64,000 nt of DNA from Thermoplasmata archaeon (GCA_035623855.1 DASPSQ010000009.1:26413-90412); one strand, 5' to 3'; positions 9,973-20,211 are shown, counted from the stretch's first letter. Made by a program: numbers and translations. Notes: generated by a model not told the origin, from the letters alone.

Positions 9973-11166
9973 TCAGTGAGCGACGAGCTCCCGGTAGAGT
10001 TCGAGGTGACGGCGAACGGTCATCGACCAATCGTGGGCTCGAACCCAATCGGACCCGTGACGTACGAGGGCGTGAGTGCCCTCGGGATCCTGCCAGGTCG
10101 CACGCAGTGCGGTCGAAAGTGCCGCGGGGTCCCCGTACGGAACGAGGCGGCCGGCCCGGCCCTGGTCGATCACCTCGGGAATACCTCCGGCCGCGGTCGC
10201 CACGACGGGGGTTCCCGCCGCCAAGGCGTCCAACAGGACCAGCCCGTACGCCTCCCACTCCGACGGGAGTACGAGGGCCCGGGCGTGACGGATGACGCCC
10301 CGGTACTTGGCGGGATCAAGAACCATCCCCAGCCAACGGACGTCCCGATCGATCCCAAGGGACCGGGCCCTCGCTTCGAGAGCGGAGCGTTCCCCCCAAT
10401 CCGGACCCATCATCACCAGCGGGATCCGCTCGGATGCCGGGAGGTGGGCGAGCGCGTCCAGAAGTACTGAAAGTCCTTTGTTGGACGCGATCCGGCCGGC
10501 GTACACGAGGTAGCGTTCCGGCAGCGCAAGATCGTCGGTCCGGTCGGTCGCGGGGTTCGCCCATGCGTCGAGATCGATGCCGGGAGGGATGACCCGGATT
10601 CGATCCCGCGGGGCGAACCCTCGCACGAGGCGGGCCTCGAGTTCCGATTCTGCAACCAGAGCCCGGGCAATCCGGTAGGCAGTCCACCCGAACGCTACGT
10701 CCTCGCACCGGAGGAGGCCTCTCTTGATCGCGGACTCCCGTCGGTCCGCCGGGTGATAGTGCGTCGAGGCTACGAGAGGGGTCCCGGTTCGTCTGGACAC
10801 CGCGGCCGCTTGGAGCACATGGCCGTAGCGATGGGAGTGGACATGGATCACATCGGCTCCGCTTTCCCGGAGCGCGTCGACCAGCCCGACCATGAGGGGG
10901 AGGGAAATCGCGCCCGAACGACCGGCCGCGAGCGGCGCCTCGGCCCGCGGGAACGGTCGCTTCAGCACCGGGAACCTCCGCACAGGGACGCCGTCGACCT
11001 CCGAGCGGAACTCCGTTCCCCGAACCCATCCGGACTCGTCCAGAAGGTCGCTCGCGAAGACCTCCACGTCGACTCCCTGGCTCTTCAGTCGACGCGTCAC
11101 CTCACGAACGGTGGTTTCGACACCCCCGGGGGCGTCGAACCGCAGGGTCACGTGGACGATCTTCAC
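9973..11166 (-). CDS. GT4-family glycosyltransferase
   Basis: Paralogous to the next two genes: (V/M)KIVHVTLRFDAPGGVET N-terminus, a C-terminal GT4 region with conserved acidic/Gly residues (LVLPSEWEAYG), and ASNKG. Start placed at the GTG aligning with MKIVHV of its paralog. The C-terminal ~50 aa is an extension. Confidence 0.75.
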   Translation of the reverse strand: MKIVHVTLRFDAPGGVETTVREVTRRLKSQGVDVEVFASDLLDESGWVRGTEFRSEVDGVPVRRFPVLKRPFPRAEAPLAAGRSGAISLPLMVGLVDALRESGADVIHVHSHRYGHVLQAAAVSRRTGTPLVASTHYHPADRRESAIKRGLLRCEDVAFGWTAYRIARALVAESELEARLVRGFAPRDRIRVIPPGIDLDAWANPATDRTDDLALPERYLVYAGRIASNKGLSVLLDALAHLPASERIPLVMMGPDWGERSALEARARSLGIDRDVRWLGMVLDPAKYRGVIRHARALVLPSEWEAYGLVLLDALAAGTPVVATAAGGIPEVIDQGRAGRLVPYGDPAALSTALRATWQDPEGTHALVRHGSDWVRAHDWSMTVRRHLELYRELVAH

Positions 11167-11647
11167 CGATCGCAATCCCCCCGCGCTGGCGATCGCATCC
11201 CGTGGAATCTCGCCGTTCTCTCGGGAGCGGTGGAGGACGGAACCGCGAACGTGGACATCCCCCAACCCGGGGAATCCCGCAGGCTTCGGCTCCCTCATTA
11301 CCATTGGCGCAGGCGGACGCCGGCGACCTGGAATGGCGCGGCACCCGCGAACCCCGACGACGACCTCGAGGTCTTCCAGGATCGAGACTCCCGATCTTGA
11401 CCCGGGTCCGGGGCTGCAGAATTTCCTACGGCTCGAGGAGAAGGGGACGAAAAGGGCCATCTACTGCCCACCCGTTTACGGTCGGCAAGGGTGGTGAGCC
11501 GGACGAGGATCGGTGCGGTAGAACCGTGGGCGTCTTTGGATGCCCGACGGGAAGCCCGGCGGAGTGGATCGTGCTAGCCCGCCTGGTAGGGTACGTCTTT
11601 CGAGTCGTGGCGCGATTCACCCCGGGAGACGCGGGGCGGGATCTGGA

Positions 11648-12847
11648 TCACGTCGGGGCGGAGCTAATCCGGCTGGAGCGTGGACCGGTTCCGCCCGCGA
11701 GGACCTCTCGGTAGAGGGCTCGGAACCGCTCCGCGGAGCGGGACCAGTCGAGTTGCTGGGCTTTCGTCCAACCGACTTCCACGCGACGGTGGGCGCCCTC
11801 GGGATCCGTGAGAACCGACTGCATCGCCCCCGCGAGCGCACGAGGGTCGCCGTAGGGTACCAAGAGTCCCGCCGCCCCTTGTTCCAGCACCTCGGGGATC
11901 GCCCCGACCCGGGTCGCGACGATCGGGGTCCGAGCGGCCATGGCTTCGAGCAGGACGAATCCGTAGGCCTCCCATTCGGAGGGCAGGACGAGCGCCCGGG
12001 CTCGTCGGATCACCGCCCGGTACGCGCGACGTTCCGGGACGTAGCCGATCCACCGGAGCATCCCGTGCACCCCCCGACGGCGTGCGAGATCCTCCAGGGA
12101 CGCCCGCTCCCCCCAGTCCGAGCCCAGCAGGACGAGAGGTCGACGGTACGGTTCAGGGGTCTCCGCGATCGCCTCGACGAGGCTCGGCAGCCCCTTGTTG
12201 GAGGCGATCCGCCCGGCGAACACGAAGTACTCGGGCGGGAGCTCGAGCTCGTCGGCTCGATCCCCCCCGGGGTCGGCCCACTCGGCGAGGTCGACCCCGG
12301 GGGGGATGATCCGGATTCGGTCCGCAGGTGCGAACTCTCGTACAAGACGGGCTTCGAACTCGGACTGGACGACGATCGCATCGGCGACTCGGTAGGCCGT
12401 CATCCCGAAGCCCACGTCGTTGAGACGAAGGAGCGCACGATTGCGGCTGGACTCGCGCCGATCCGCCGGGTGGTACGAAGTGGAGACCACCAGCGGGATG
12501 TGAAGACGCCGGGCGACCGCCGTGGCTTGAAGGACGTGGCCGTACCGGTGCGAGTGGGCGTGGATCACGTCGGCCCCGGAATTCGCGAGTGCGTCGATCA
12601 GGCCGACCATCATCGGCATCGTGAGGACCGGCACGAGCCTCTTCCGGACCGGGAACCGCCGGACCGGCACGCCGTCGACCTCCGCAGGGAAGTTCGATCG
12701 TCGGTCCCAGCCCGCCTCGTCGTAGAGGTCGCTTGCGAACACCTCCACGTCGTCTCCGGCGGCCCGGAGCCTCCGGGAAAGTTCGCGAACATTCGTCTCG
12801 ACCCCCCCCGGCGCGTCGAAGCGGAGCGTGACGTGCACGATCTTCAA
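11648..12847 (-). CDS. GT4-family glycosyltransferase
   Basis: 399 aa. MKIVHVTLRFDAPGGVETNV, ASNKG and LVLPSEWEAYG motifs; its stop overlaps the next gene's start. Confidence 0.8.
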   Translation of the reverse strand: MKIVHVTLRFDAPGGVETNVRELSRRLRAAGDDVEVFASDLYDEAGWDRRSNFPAEVDGVPVRRFPVRKRLVPVLTMPMMVGLIDALANSGADVIHAHSHRYGHVLQATAVARRLHIPLVVSTSYHPADRRESSRNRALLRLNDVGFGMTAYRVADAIVVQSEFEARLVREFAPADRIRIIPPGVDLAEWADPGGDRADELELPPEYFVFAGRIASNKGLPSLVEAIAETPEPYRRPLVLLGSDWGERASLEDLARRRGVHGMLRWIGYVPERRAYRAVIRRARALVLPSEWEAYGFVLLEAMAARTPIVATRVGAIPEVLEQGAAGLLVPYGDPRALAGAMQSVLTDPEGAHRRVEVGWTKAQQLDWSRSAERFRALYREVLAGGTGPRSSRISSAPT

Positions 12848-14025
12848 TGGGGTTGGACCTCCCGGTAGAGTGCATCGAGTCGGTCGGCGAGCGCATCCCA
12901 GCTGAACCGCGGGACGATCGTCTCGCGGCCGTACTCCCCGAGCGCTCGCGCGAGCCCGCGGTCGTTCCAGAGGCGAAGGATCGCCTTGGCGAGAGCCTCC
13001 GGCGAGCGCGGCGGCACAAGGAGTCCCGCCCGTCCATCCTCGACGACCTCGGGGATTCCGCCCACGTGGGTCGCGACCACCGGAGTCCCCTGGGCCAGTG
13101 CCTCCAGGAGCACGAGTCCGAACGCCTCGTATTCGCTCGGCAGAACGAAGAGTCGTGCGTCCCGGTACGCCGCGTCGACGACCGCGGGATTCTCAATGTA
13201 GCCCAGGAGATCGATCCGTCGCTCGAGACCGCGCGCACGGGCCCGTGCGAGGATCGCCTCGCGCATCCCTCCGTCCTCGCCGATCAGGACGAGACGCGCG
13301 GCGGGATCATTCGCCGCCACTTGTACGAACGCGTCCACGAGGTCCAGGAGCCCCTTGTTGGAGGCGAGGCGACCTACGAAGAGCACGTACGGGTCGGAGA
13401 TCCCGAACCGATCCCGGAAGACATCCCGTGCCGCTGGGGGGGAGGATCGAACCCCGTATCCCGGCGGGACGACGACGACGCGGGGAAGGGGGATGCCGAG
13501 CGAGCGCACGAGCCGCTCCTCCTCCCGGGTCTGAACAATGAGCGCGGACGCGTCGCGAACGACGGGACCCGCGAGGTAGCGGTCGTAGAAGCCCCGGAGG
13601 CGATGACGGACCCACCCGCCCTCGATCGACCAGATCGGATGGAAGTGGGCGGTGAGGACGAACGGAGTTCCATGACGTCGGCGATTCCGGCGGGCGACCG
13701 CGACCTGGTTCGTTCCGTACGTGTGAGCATGGACAAGGTCGGGTCGGTCCCGGTCCAGGGCCGCCTCGAGGCCCCGGAAAAATAGGTAGTGGAGCTCCCC
13801 TGGGAACGACCACACCGGTAGTCGGTGGATCTCCCCGAACGAGACGTGTTCCTCGCGCGGAACGTTCGCGGGGAGTCGTTCGAGGGGATACTCGCGATAG
13901 AGCTCGCTCGTGTAGACATCGACACGATGCCCCCGGGTCGCCAGGCGGGGAGCGATCTCGGCGACATGGCGCTCGACACCTCCCGGACCGGGGGGATACC
14001 GTGTGGTGAGTTGAGCGACCTTCAC
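12844..14025 (-). CDS. GT4-family glycosyltransferase
   Basis: 393 aa with the same architecture (GRLASNKG, FVLPSEYEAFG). Confidence 0.8.
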   Translation of the reverse strand: MKVAQLTTRYPPGPGGVERHVAEIAPRLATRGHRVDVYTSELYREYPLERLPANVPREEHVSFGEIHRLPVWSFPGELHYLFFRGLEAALDRDRPDLVHAHTYGTNQVAVARRNRRRHGTPFVLTAHFHPIWSIEGGWVRHRLRGFYDRYLAGPVVRDASALIVQTREEERLVRSLGIPLPRVVVVPPGYGVRSSPPAARDVFRDRFGISDPYVLFVGRLASNKGLLDLVDAFVQVAANDPAARLVLIGEDGGMREAILARARARGLERRIDLLGYIENPAVVDAAYRDARLFVLPSEYEAFGLVLLEALAQGTPVVATHVGGIPEVVEDGRAGLLVPPRSPEALAKAILRLWNDRGLARALGEYGRETIVPRFSWDALADRLDALYREVQPH

Positions 14026-14201
14026 AGAGGGGCGGTATCGTTTCGCTTACTTGATGACGTGGTCACATTCCGCGGTACGGGGCCACCCACACCGAGGGGT
14101 CGTGGGGAGGTCCATCGGGGGCGGAGGCAGATCTCCCGAGGTCGTCCGGCAAGTGTCGAGAGCACGGTTCCGCCGCAGGCCGCGGTACTGACGGGCACCG
14201 C

Positions 14202-15290
14202 CTAGGACAACGAACGCATCGTCGCGAGTCGCAGCGCATACTTCTTGTAGACCTCGGTCGCCCGGGCCACCGACTCGATCTTGACGTACTCGTTGGCCTG
14301 GTGGGACAGCTCCTCCTCGCCGGAACCGAAGATGACAACGTGCGGGTTCACCTGGGTGTAGTGGACCGCCTCGGAAGCGTGGACGAGGACGGTCGCCTCG
14401 GCCTGCGCGACCTCCCGGAGGAGCCTGACATGCTCGGCGTTGGGGTCGATCTGCACCGCGGGCATCGTGAGGATCCGCCGGAGGGTAAACGGCGTCTTGA
14501 TCCGCCGCAGGTGCTCCTCGATCTCGTGGTACAGCTGGTCGGGGGTGTACGGCGGCGGGAACCGGATGTCGACCTCGGAGGTCGCGCGGTTCGGCACGAC
14601 GTTGAGCCGCGTGCCGCCGTTGAACGTCCCGATGTTCAGCGTGACCGAACCCAGCTCGGGGTGGGCGATCCGCCCCTTGAACGACTCGAGGCCCCGCAAG
14701 ATCCGCATCATCTTCCCGATCGCGTTCTCGCCGAGGTGAGGCATCGCGCCGTGTGCGGCCTTCCCGCGGGTCTCGATCGCCAGGTCGAGGACGCCCTTCT
14801 CGGCGTACGCCACCCTCAATCCCGTGGGCTCGCCGACGACGACGGCCTTCGCCCGTCGGAGGGGGAGCGTCTTCGATAGCGCCATCGCGCCCTGCATGCT
14901 CGTCTCTTCATCGGTCGTGAAGGCGAGGACCACGGGGACCTTCCGGGCCACGAGATCTTGCGCCGCCTCGAGCATCGCGATGATCGTCCCCTTCATGTCG
15001 GCCGCACCGCGGCCGTACATCCGTCCGCTGGCGAGCTGGCTCTGGGAAAAGCTCCAGTAGTCACCGACCGGAGGGGTGTCGAGATGTCCGGACAGGACCA
15101 CCCCGCCCTGGCCATACTCCGCGAGAAGCGCGGGGGCCTGCGAGTCTCCAAAGAGGGTGTTTCGCATATGGATCTGGTCGGTGAAAGTCTGGACGTAGTC
15201 GAGGACCTCTTGCTTGTCCGAGAACGGATCGCTCGAGATCTTGATCAACTCGGCGAGCATGTCCACCATCTGTCGCTTCATCGAGTGCAA
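14202..15290 (-). CDS. M20-family metallopeptidase (ArgE/DapE/LysK-type deacylase)
   Basis: 362 aa. HLDTPPVG, GRGAADMKG and EEtS motifs are the metal ligands of M20. Confidence 0.75.
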   Translation of the reverse strand: MHSMKRQMVDMLAELIKISSDPFSDKQEVLDYVQTFTDQIHMRNTLFGDSQAPALLAEYGQGGVVLSGHLDTPPVGDYWSFSQSQLASGRMYGRGAADMKGTIIAMLEAAQDLVARKVPVVLAFTTDEETSMQGAMALSKTLPLRRAKAVVVGEPTGLRVAYAEKGVLDLAIETRGKAAHGAMPHLGENAIGKMMRILRGLESFKGRIAHPELGSVTLNIGTFNGGTRLNVVPNRATSEVDIRFPPPYTPDQLYHEIEEHLRRIKTPFTLRRILTMPAVQIDPNAEHVRLLREVAQAEATVLVHASEAVHYTQVNPHVVIFGSGEEELSHQANEYVKIESVARATEVYKKYALRLATMRSLS

Positions 15291-15357
15291 ACCCTCGTAC
15301 GGCCCGGTGTCCGGTCGGGTCGATCCCCGAACTTCTCGCCGTACGCCCCGGCGACCC

Positions 15358-16248
15358 TTAATCGTTCGGGTCGAGGCTCGAACGTCGGACGGCCGACCGA
15401 GTGCGGACCAGGGCCCGGGAGTATCCGTCCGGCGAGCCCACCGATTGCCAGGCTCCCAGCTTCGGATCGAGAACGAGCGCCACGACCCGTGCTCCGTCGT
15501 CGATCAACTGGCGAATCCCGTCAGTGACCTCGAGCTCCGAGGGGTGCTGCGCCCGCCGGTGGGCCCCGAGGGCCGGGATCAGCGCCGGGCCGAAGGCGTA
15601 CACCGCCGTCGCGGCCCAGTGCGAGCGGGGGTGTTCGGGCTTCTCGACCATTCCGGTGACATCGAGTCGTCGAAGTCCGCGGAAGGACCGGGTGGCTCGC
15701 CCCTCCACGACCCCGTACCGCCGGGGCTCAGCGACACGTCGGACGAGGAGGACCGCGTCCGCATCCTCGCTCTCTCGACATTCCGCCATCGTCTCCAGGA
15801 GGGACCCACGGCGGTCTTCGAGGAGGACGGCATCCCCCGCATGGAGGAGGAACGGTCCGTTCCCGACGGATCGACGGGCGCGCAGGACCGCGTCCCCAAA
15901 TCCCGCCGGGGTGGGCTGGACCGCGAAGGTGAGGTGGACCGTTCGGATCGCCGAGTAGAACCGTCGGGTTTCGGTGAGGCGTTCGGCGTGGTCCTGATGT
16001 CGCTCGAGGAACGCCGGATCGACCGTGAAGTAGTTCCGGACGAACACTGCGTCCTTGGGCTGGACGACCAGCGTGATCCGGTCGCACCCTGCACGGATCA
16101 GGGTCTCCACGACGAGGTGAGCGACTGGCTTTAGGATCGGTTGGCCGTTTGCGCTCCGGTCGTACAGCGGAAGGAACTCCTTCCGGAGCCCCCGGGACCA
16201 CGGGAGCATCCGGGTTCCTTCCCCGGCAAGGGTGACAACCCCGAGCAT
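15358..16248 (-). CDS. Sugar-1-phosphate nucleotidyltransferase (glucose-1-phosphate uridylyltransferase, Agl4-like)
   Basis: N-terminal GVVTLAGEGTRMLP...LRKEFLP matches the NTP_transferase G-x-G-T-R motif. It lies directly downstream of the SQD1-like gene. Confidence 0.75.
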   Translation of the reverse strand: MLGVVTLAGEGTRMLPWSRGLRKEFLPLYDRSANGQPILKPVAHLVVETLIRAGCDRITLVVQPKDAVFVRNYFTVDPAFLERHQDHAERLTETRRFYSAIRTVHLTFAVQPTPAGFGDAVLRARRSVGNGPFLLHAGDAVLLEDRRGSLLETMAECRESEDADAVLLVRRVAEPRRYGVVEGRATRSFRGLRRLDVTGMVEKPEHPRSHWAATAVYAFGPALIPALGAHRRAQHPSELEVTDGIRQLIDDGARVVALVLDPKLGAWQSVGSPDGYSRALVRTRSAVRRSSLDPND

Positions 16249-16254
16249 GCACGG

Positions 16255-17505
16255 TTACGCCGTCGGACGCACGGACGCAGGTTCGGTGGGCCGTGCCGGC
16301 GGAGTCGAGGGGGCCGACGGATGCCGTGCTGCGAGCTCCGGGCGGCTGTCCGCGGCCCTCCACTGCACGGTCGGCTGGATGACGTGACGACGCGCCTCGA
16401 GGCGGCGTCGGAACCGCAGCAGATCGTGGAAGATCTCTCGGATGACCTCCTCGAGGTCCCGGGTCCTCTTGTACCCGAGCGCGAGGAGATTGTCGTGAAG
16501 GGGATGGTAGTAGTGTTGCTCTGCCTCGACGCGCGGATCGGGAGGGTGATCGATCGTCGGGTGCAGTCCGAGTTCGCTCGCCACCCGGTGCGTGACCTCG
16601 GCGAGCTCGTTGACCGAGTACGCCGCATCGAATTGGTTGAACACCCGGTACTCCCCCGTCTTCGGAGGGTGTTCGACCGCGATCCGGAGCGACTGCATCG
16701 AGTCCTCGAGCGCGATGAACCCGCGTCGCTGCTCCCCCCGGCCGTACGGAGTGATCGGAAGACCCACGACGGACTGAGCGATGAACCGGTTCAGGGCCGT
16801 TCCCCAGGTCTCGTCAAAATCGAATCGGGTGAGGAGTCGGTCGTCGGTGATCTCCGGGGTACGGATGCCGTAGATGACGCCCTGCATCACGTCCGTGGCC
16901 CGGACGCCCCAGATCCTCGTCGCGAACATCACATCGCCCGAATCGAAGACCTTGCTCCAGTGGTACCAGGACCCCGCCGACCGGGGGAATGGAAGCCGGT
17001 CCTTGCGTCCCCGAAACTCGACGTCGAAGAATCCTTCCGCGATATCGATGTTCGGCGTTCCGTACTCGCCCATCGTTCCCATCTTCACGAGGTGGGTCTC
17101 GGGGGAGCACTCGCGTATCGCGTACAGGAGGTGGAGGGTGCCCGTCAGATTGTCGACCTGGGTCTCGACCGCATGATGCACGTCGATCATCGAGTATGGT
17201 GCGCTCCGCTGCTCGGCCAGATGGACGATGGCATCCGGGCGCTCTTGGTCGAGCACTCGGTGAACGAACTCGTAGTTCGAGAGATCTCCTCGGTGAAAGC
17301 CGATCTCCTTGCCCAGGATCTCCCGGACGGCTGCCTGGCGTCTCGGGAAGGTCGGGATCGGCGTCGCCGACCAGCTTCCGACCTCCCGCACCCGTCGGCG
17401 CGTCACGAAGTTGTCGACACCAACCACTTCGTGACCGCGGCCGAGCAGATGGAGGGCGAGCGGCCAGCCGGAATATCCGTCGATCCCCGTGATCAGGACC
17501 TTCAT
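16255..17505 (-). CDS. UDP-sulfoquinovose synthase (SQD1/Agl3-like NAD-dependent epimerase/dehydratase)
   Basis: 416 aa. MKVLITGIDGYSGWPLALHL Rossmann, YHWSK catalytic pair, and a long insert between Rossmann and active site typical of SQD1/SqdB rather than GalE. Confidence 0.75.
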   Translation of the reverse strand: MKVLITGIDGYSGWPLALHLLGRGHEVVGVDNFVTRRRVREVGSWSATPIPTFPRRQAAVREILGKEIGFHRGDLSNYEFVHRVLDQERPDAIVHLAEQRSAPYSMIDVHHAVETQVDNLTGTLHLLYAIRECSPETHLVKMGTMGEYGTPNIDIAEGFFDVEFRGRKDRLPFPRSAGSWYHWSKVFDSGDVMFATRIWGVRATDVMQGVIYGIRTPEITDDRLLTRFDFDETWGTALNRFIAQSVVGLPITPYGRGEQRRGFIALEDSMQSLRIAVEHPPKTGEYRVFNQFDAAYSVNELAEVTHRVASELGLHPTIDHPPDPRVEAEQHYYHPLHDNLLALGYKRTRDLEEVIREIFHDLLRFRRRLEARRHVIQPTVQWRAADSRPELAARHPSAPSTPPARPTEPASVRPTA

Positions 17506-17538
17506 CGACTCTCCGTGCCCTCCGTGGCGGCGGACGGG

Positions 17539-17546
17539 TTTTTATA
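17539..17546. promoter_or_regulatory. Archaeal TATA box (TTTTTATA) in a divergent intergenic region
   Basis: TTTTTATA lies ~30 nt upstream of the SQD1-like start codon on the opposite strand (leaderless geometry). It also lies upstream of the PAC2 gene. Confidence 0.5.
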
Positions 17547-17639
17547 GGTTGGGCCGTCCCCACTCTCGGAGGAGGAACTTCGTTCCAAAGGGGCATAAGA
17601 TTTGCCCCATTGACCCCTAGGCAGAGTTTCCCACCTTCG

Positions 17640-18416
17640 ATGCAGCCGGCCGAAGTCCGCATCATCGATACCCGCGACGAGCCCCTCAAGGGGGCCATGA
17701 TGGTAGTGGGCTTCCCGACGCACGGGCTCGTCGGGTCGGTGGCGTCCTCGTACCTCGTGCACTCCCTGGACATGACCCTGATCGCGTACATGATCAGCGA
17801 GGACTTTCCGCCGACGGTGATCATGGAAGAGGGCGTGGTCAGCGCGCCGGTCCGGTTCTACGCGAGCCGCCTCGTGTGTGGAGTCGATCGTTCGTGCGAC
17901 CAACTGGTGGTCGTGATCGCGGACATCCAGCCACCCGTCTCCACGCTGAATCAGCTCGGCCGCGTGCTTCTCGATTGGGCGGAGGCGAAGGGGGTCGCGC
18001 TCGTCGTCGCGGTCGAGGGCCAGCCGCTCGAGAGCGAGATCCGGGGGGACGCGCGGGTGGTCGCGATGGCGAACCGCGCGGCTGCGCCGCTGCTGGAGAA
18101 GTACCGGTTCGAGACGGCGAACGGGGTCGTCACCGGACTCGCGGGGGGCCTCCTTCTCGGTGCCATCGGCCGGGGAACGCCGGTGCTCTGTCTCGTGGCT
18201 CAGGCCCACAAGGACTACCCCGACGCCCGCGCCGCGGCGAAGGTGATCGAAACGATCAATCCTCTCGTCCCTCTCCTCGTGCTGGACACGAAGCCGCTCC
18301 GGGACAAGGCCCGGGAGATCGAGGCCGAGGTCCGAAAGACGCTTCAACAGACCCGGGAATCGATGTCCAGCATGCGGGCCGCAGAGCCCGAAGGTCCGGG
18401 TGAGATGTATCGCTGA
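17640..18416 (+). CDS. PAC2-family proteasome assembly chaperone
   Basis: MMVVGFPTHGLVGSVASSYLV matches the PAC2/DUF75 N-terminal signature. Start set at MQPAEV; the ORF caller's TTG at 17610 is also possible. Confidence 0.7.
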   Translation: MQPAEVRIIDTRDEPLKGAMMVVGFPTHGLVGSVASSYLVHSLDMTLIAYMISEDFPPTVIMEEGVVSAPVRFYASRLVCGVDRSCDQLVVVIADIQPPVSTLNQLGRVLLDWAEAKGVALVVAVEGQPLESEIRGDARVVAMANRAAAPLLEKYRFETANGVVTGLAGGLLLGAIGRGTPVLCLVAQAHKDYPDARAAAKVIETINPLVPLLVLDTKPLRDKAREIEAEVRKTLQQTRESMSSMRAAEPEGPGEMYR

Positions 18417-18906
18417 CACGGCTCCCGGGCCCGCGCCGACGGTCCTCCCCGAGTCTCCTCCCCCCGTGACCCTCCGCGGGTTCCGATTCTCCGATGTGCC
18501 GTTCGTCGCCGCGATCGTCGCGGAGGCGCTCCAGGAACATTACGACCCCTCGCTCTATGGCTCTCTGAGCCACGATTGGGCGGACGGGTTCCTCGTGGCC
18601 GCGGACAGCCGCGACGTCCCGATCGGGTTCCTTCTCGGGGTAAGCCAGGTCGAACACGAGGCCCGGATCCTGATGTTCGCCGTCGACCGACATTTCCGCA
18701 TGCAGGGGATTGGGACGCTCCTGATGACCCAGTTCCTGGGCCGATGCCGTGCCCGCGGCTTCCGGAGGGTCACGCTCGAGGTGCGTGTGTCGAACGCGAC
18801 CGCGATTCGGTTCTATGCCCGCTACCAGTTCTCCGTGATCGACCTACTGCGTGCGTACTACTCCGACGGGGAGAACGGGTATCAGATGGCCCGGGAACCC
18901 CCCTAG
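18400..18906 (+). CDS. GNAT N-acetyltransferase (RimI-like)
   Basis: RMQGIGTLLMTQFL and RRVTLEVRVSNATAIRFYARYQF match GNAT motifs A/B. The true start may be an internal GTG near 18466. Confidence 0.65.
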   Translation: MRCIADTAPGPAPTVLPESPPPVTLRGFRFSDVPFVAAIVAEALQEHYDPSLYGSLSHDWADGFLVAADSRDVPIGFLLGVSQVEHEARILMFAVDRHFRMQGIGTLLMTQFLGRCRARGFRRVTLEVRVSNATAIRFYARYQFSVIDLLRAYYSDGENGYQMAREPP

Positions 18907-18939
18907 GCAAGGTGCCGGCGCACCGCAGTCTCTAAGTTC

Positions 18940-20211
18940 TTGATGCTGGGTCCCATCGACATGCCTTCTGCCTGGCCCACGGCCGTCGACCTGATGACGG
19001 CACACCCCGTGACCCTTCCGGCCGATGCGCCGATCTCACGGGCCCTTGGCCTGATGCACACCCGGGGCTTCCACGAGATCCCGGTGCTGCGAAGATCCCG
19101 GCTCGTGGGACTGATCACGTTCGAGTCGATCGCCCGTCGATCCAGTCGGTCGCTCGCGACGAAGATCGAGCATCTCTTGATCCTGCCTCCGCTCATCACG
19201 ATGACCACTCCGCTCCCCGAGATCGCCGAGCAATTGCTCTCGACGGGCCTTCGGGCCGCCCCCGTGGTCGGCCGACGGGGCGAGCTCGTCGGCATCGTCA
19301 GCCGGACCGATCTCGTTCGGGCGCTGCCGAACCTTCCCCAGCTGGCGGGGCCGAATGCGCCGACGGTCGAAGCGGTCGCGGGCCCTGCGGCCGAGATCGT
19401 TCGCGAGGATGAGATGTGCCGCCGCCTCCTGAGCCGGATCCGCCTCCTCGAGGAACACCCCCTCCCGGTCGTGGACCGGAAGGGCCGGCTTGTTGGAGCC
19501 GTCGGGATCGCGGACCTCGGGGGAGTGCTCTGGCGACCGGTCGTCGGTGGAAAGCGCGACGCCCGGGCCGGCCGCTCCGCACTCGAGGTGAAGGTTGGAT
19601 CGATCATGCGTTCGCCCGCGCTGACCGTCAAGGTCGGAACCTCCGCAATGGACGCGGCGCGCGAGATGAGCCGGGAGAAAGTCTCCAGCGTGTTTGTCGT
19701 CGAGTCCGGCCGGCCCGTTCGCGTGCTCGGCCAGACCGACCTACTGGGGCTCGTCCTCGGGCGTACCCGGCGGCCCACGGCGAAGTCCCGTCTCGAGGAC
19801 GTGTACGTAGAGATCACCGGACTCCGTGGCTCGGGAGACCCGGCGCTTCTCGCGGAGATTGACAGCGTCGTCGCCCGGGGGCTGCGGCGCGTCGCCCGGT
19901 ACGTGCAGCCGACGCTCCTGACGCTCCACTTCGCCCCGCACGCGACGCATCGAACGAACGACCTCACGGTCGATGCACGGATTCACACCGATCACGGGAT
20001 CTTCTACGCGTCGCACACCGGCTGGAACCTCCTCGCGGGGGTCTCGGGGCTGCTCGAGGATCTCGCGGGGCAGACGCGCCGGATCCGCGAGGCGCGACGC
20101 GCGCCCCGCCCCCGCGCGAGACGGGGCGAGATGGAGGATGCCCCGTCGGTCGATCCGGACCTCGAGGAGCGGATCCGGGTCGCCACCGGAGGCGACGCGG
20201 AAGAGGAGTGA
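18940..20211 (+). CDS. CBS-domain protein (four CBS repeats) with uncharacterised C-terminal domain
   Basis: Repeated CBS-like segments (e.g. HEIPVLRRSRLVGLITFESI, APVVGRRGELVGIVSRTDL, PLPVVDRKGRLVGAVGIADL). Confidence 0.6.
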   Translation: MMLGPIDMPSAWPTAVDLMTAHPVTLPADAPISRALGLMHTRGFHEIPVLRRSRLVGLITFESIARRSSRSLATKIEHLLILPPLITMTTPLPEIAEQLLSTGLRAAPVVGRRGELVGIVSRTDLVRALPNLPQLAGPNAPTVEAVAGPAAEIVREDEMCRRLLSRIRLLEEHPLPVVDRKGRLVGAVGIADLGGVLWRPVVGGKRDARAGRSALEVKVGSIMRSPALTVKVGTSAMDAAREMSREKVSSVFVVESGRPVRVLGQTDLLGLVLGRTRRPTAKSRLEDVYVEITGLRGSGDPALLAEIDSVVARGLRRVARYVQPTLLTLHFAPHATHRTNDLTVDARIHTDHGIFYASHTGWNLLAGVSGLLEDLAGQTRRIREARRAPRPRARRGEMEDAPSVDPDLEERIRVATGGDAEEE

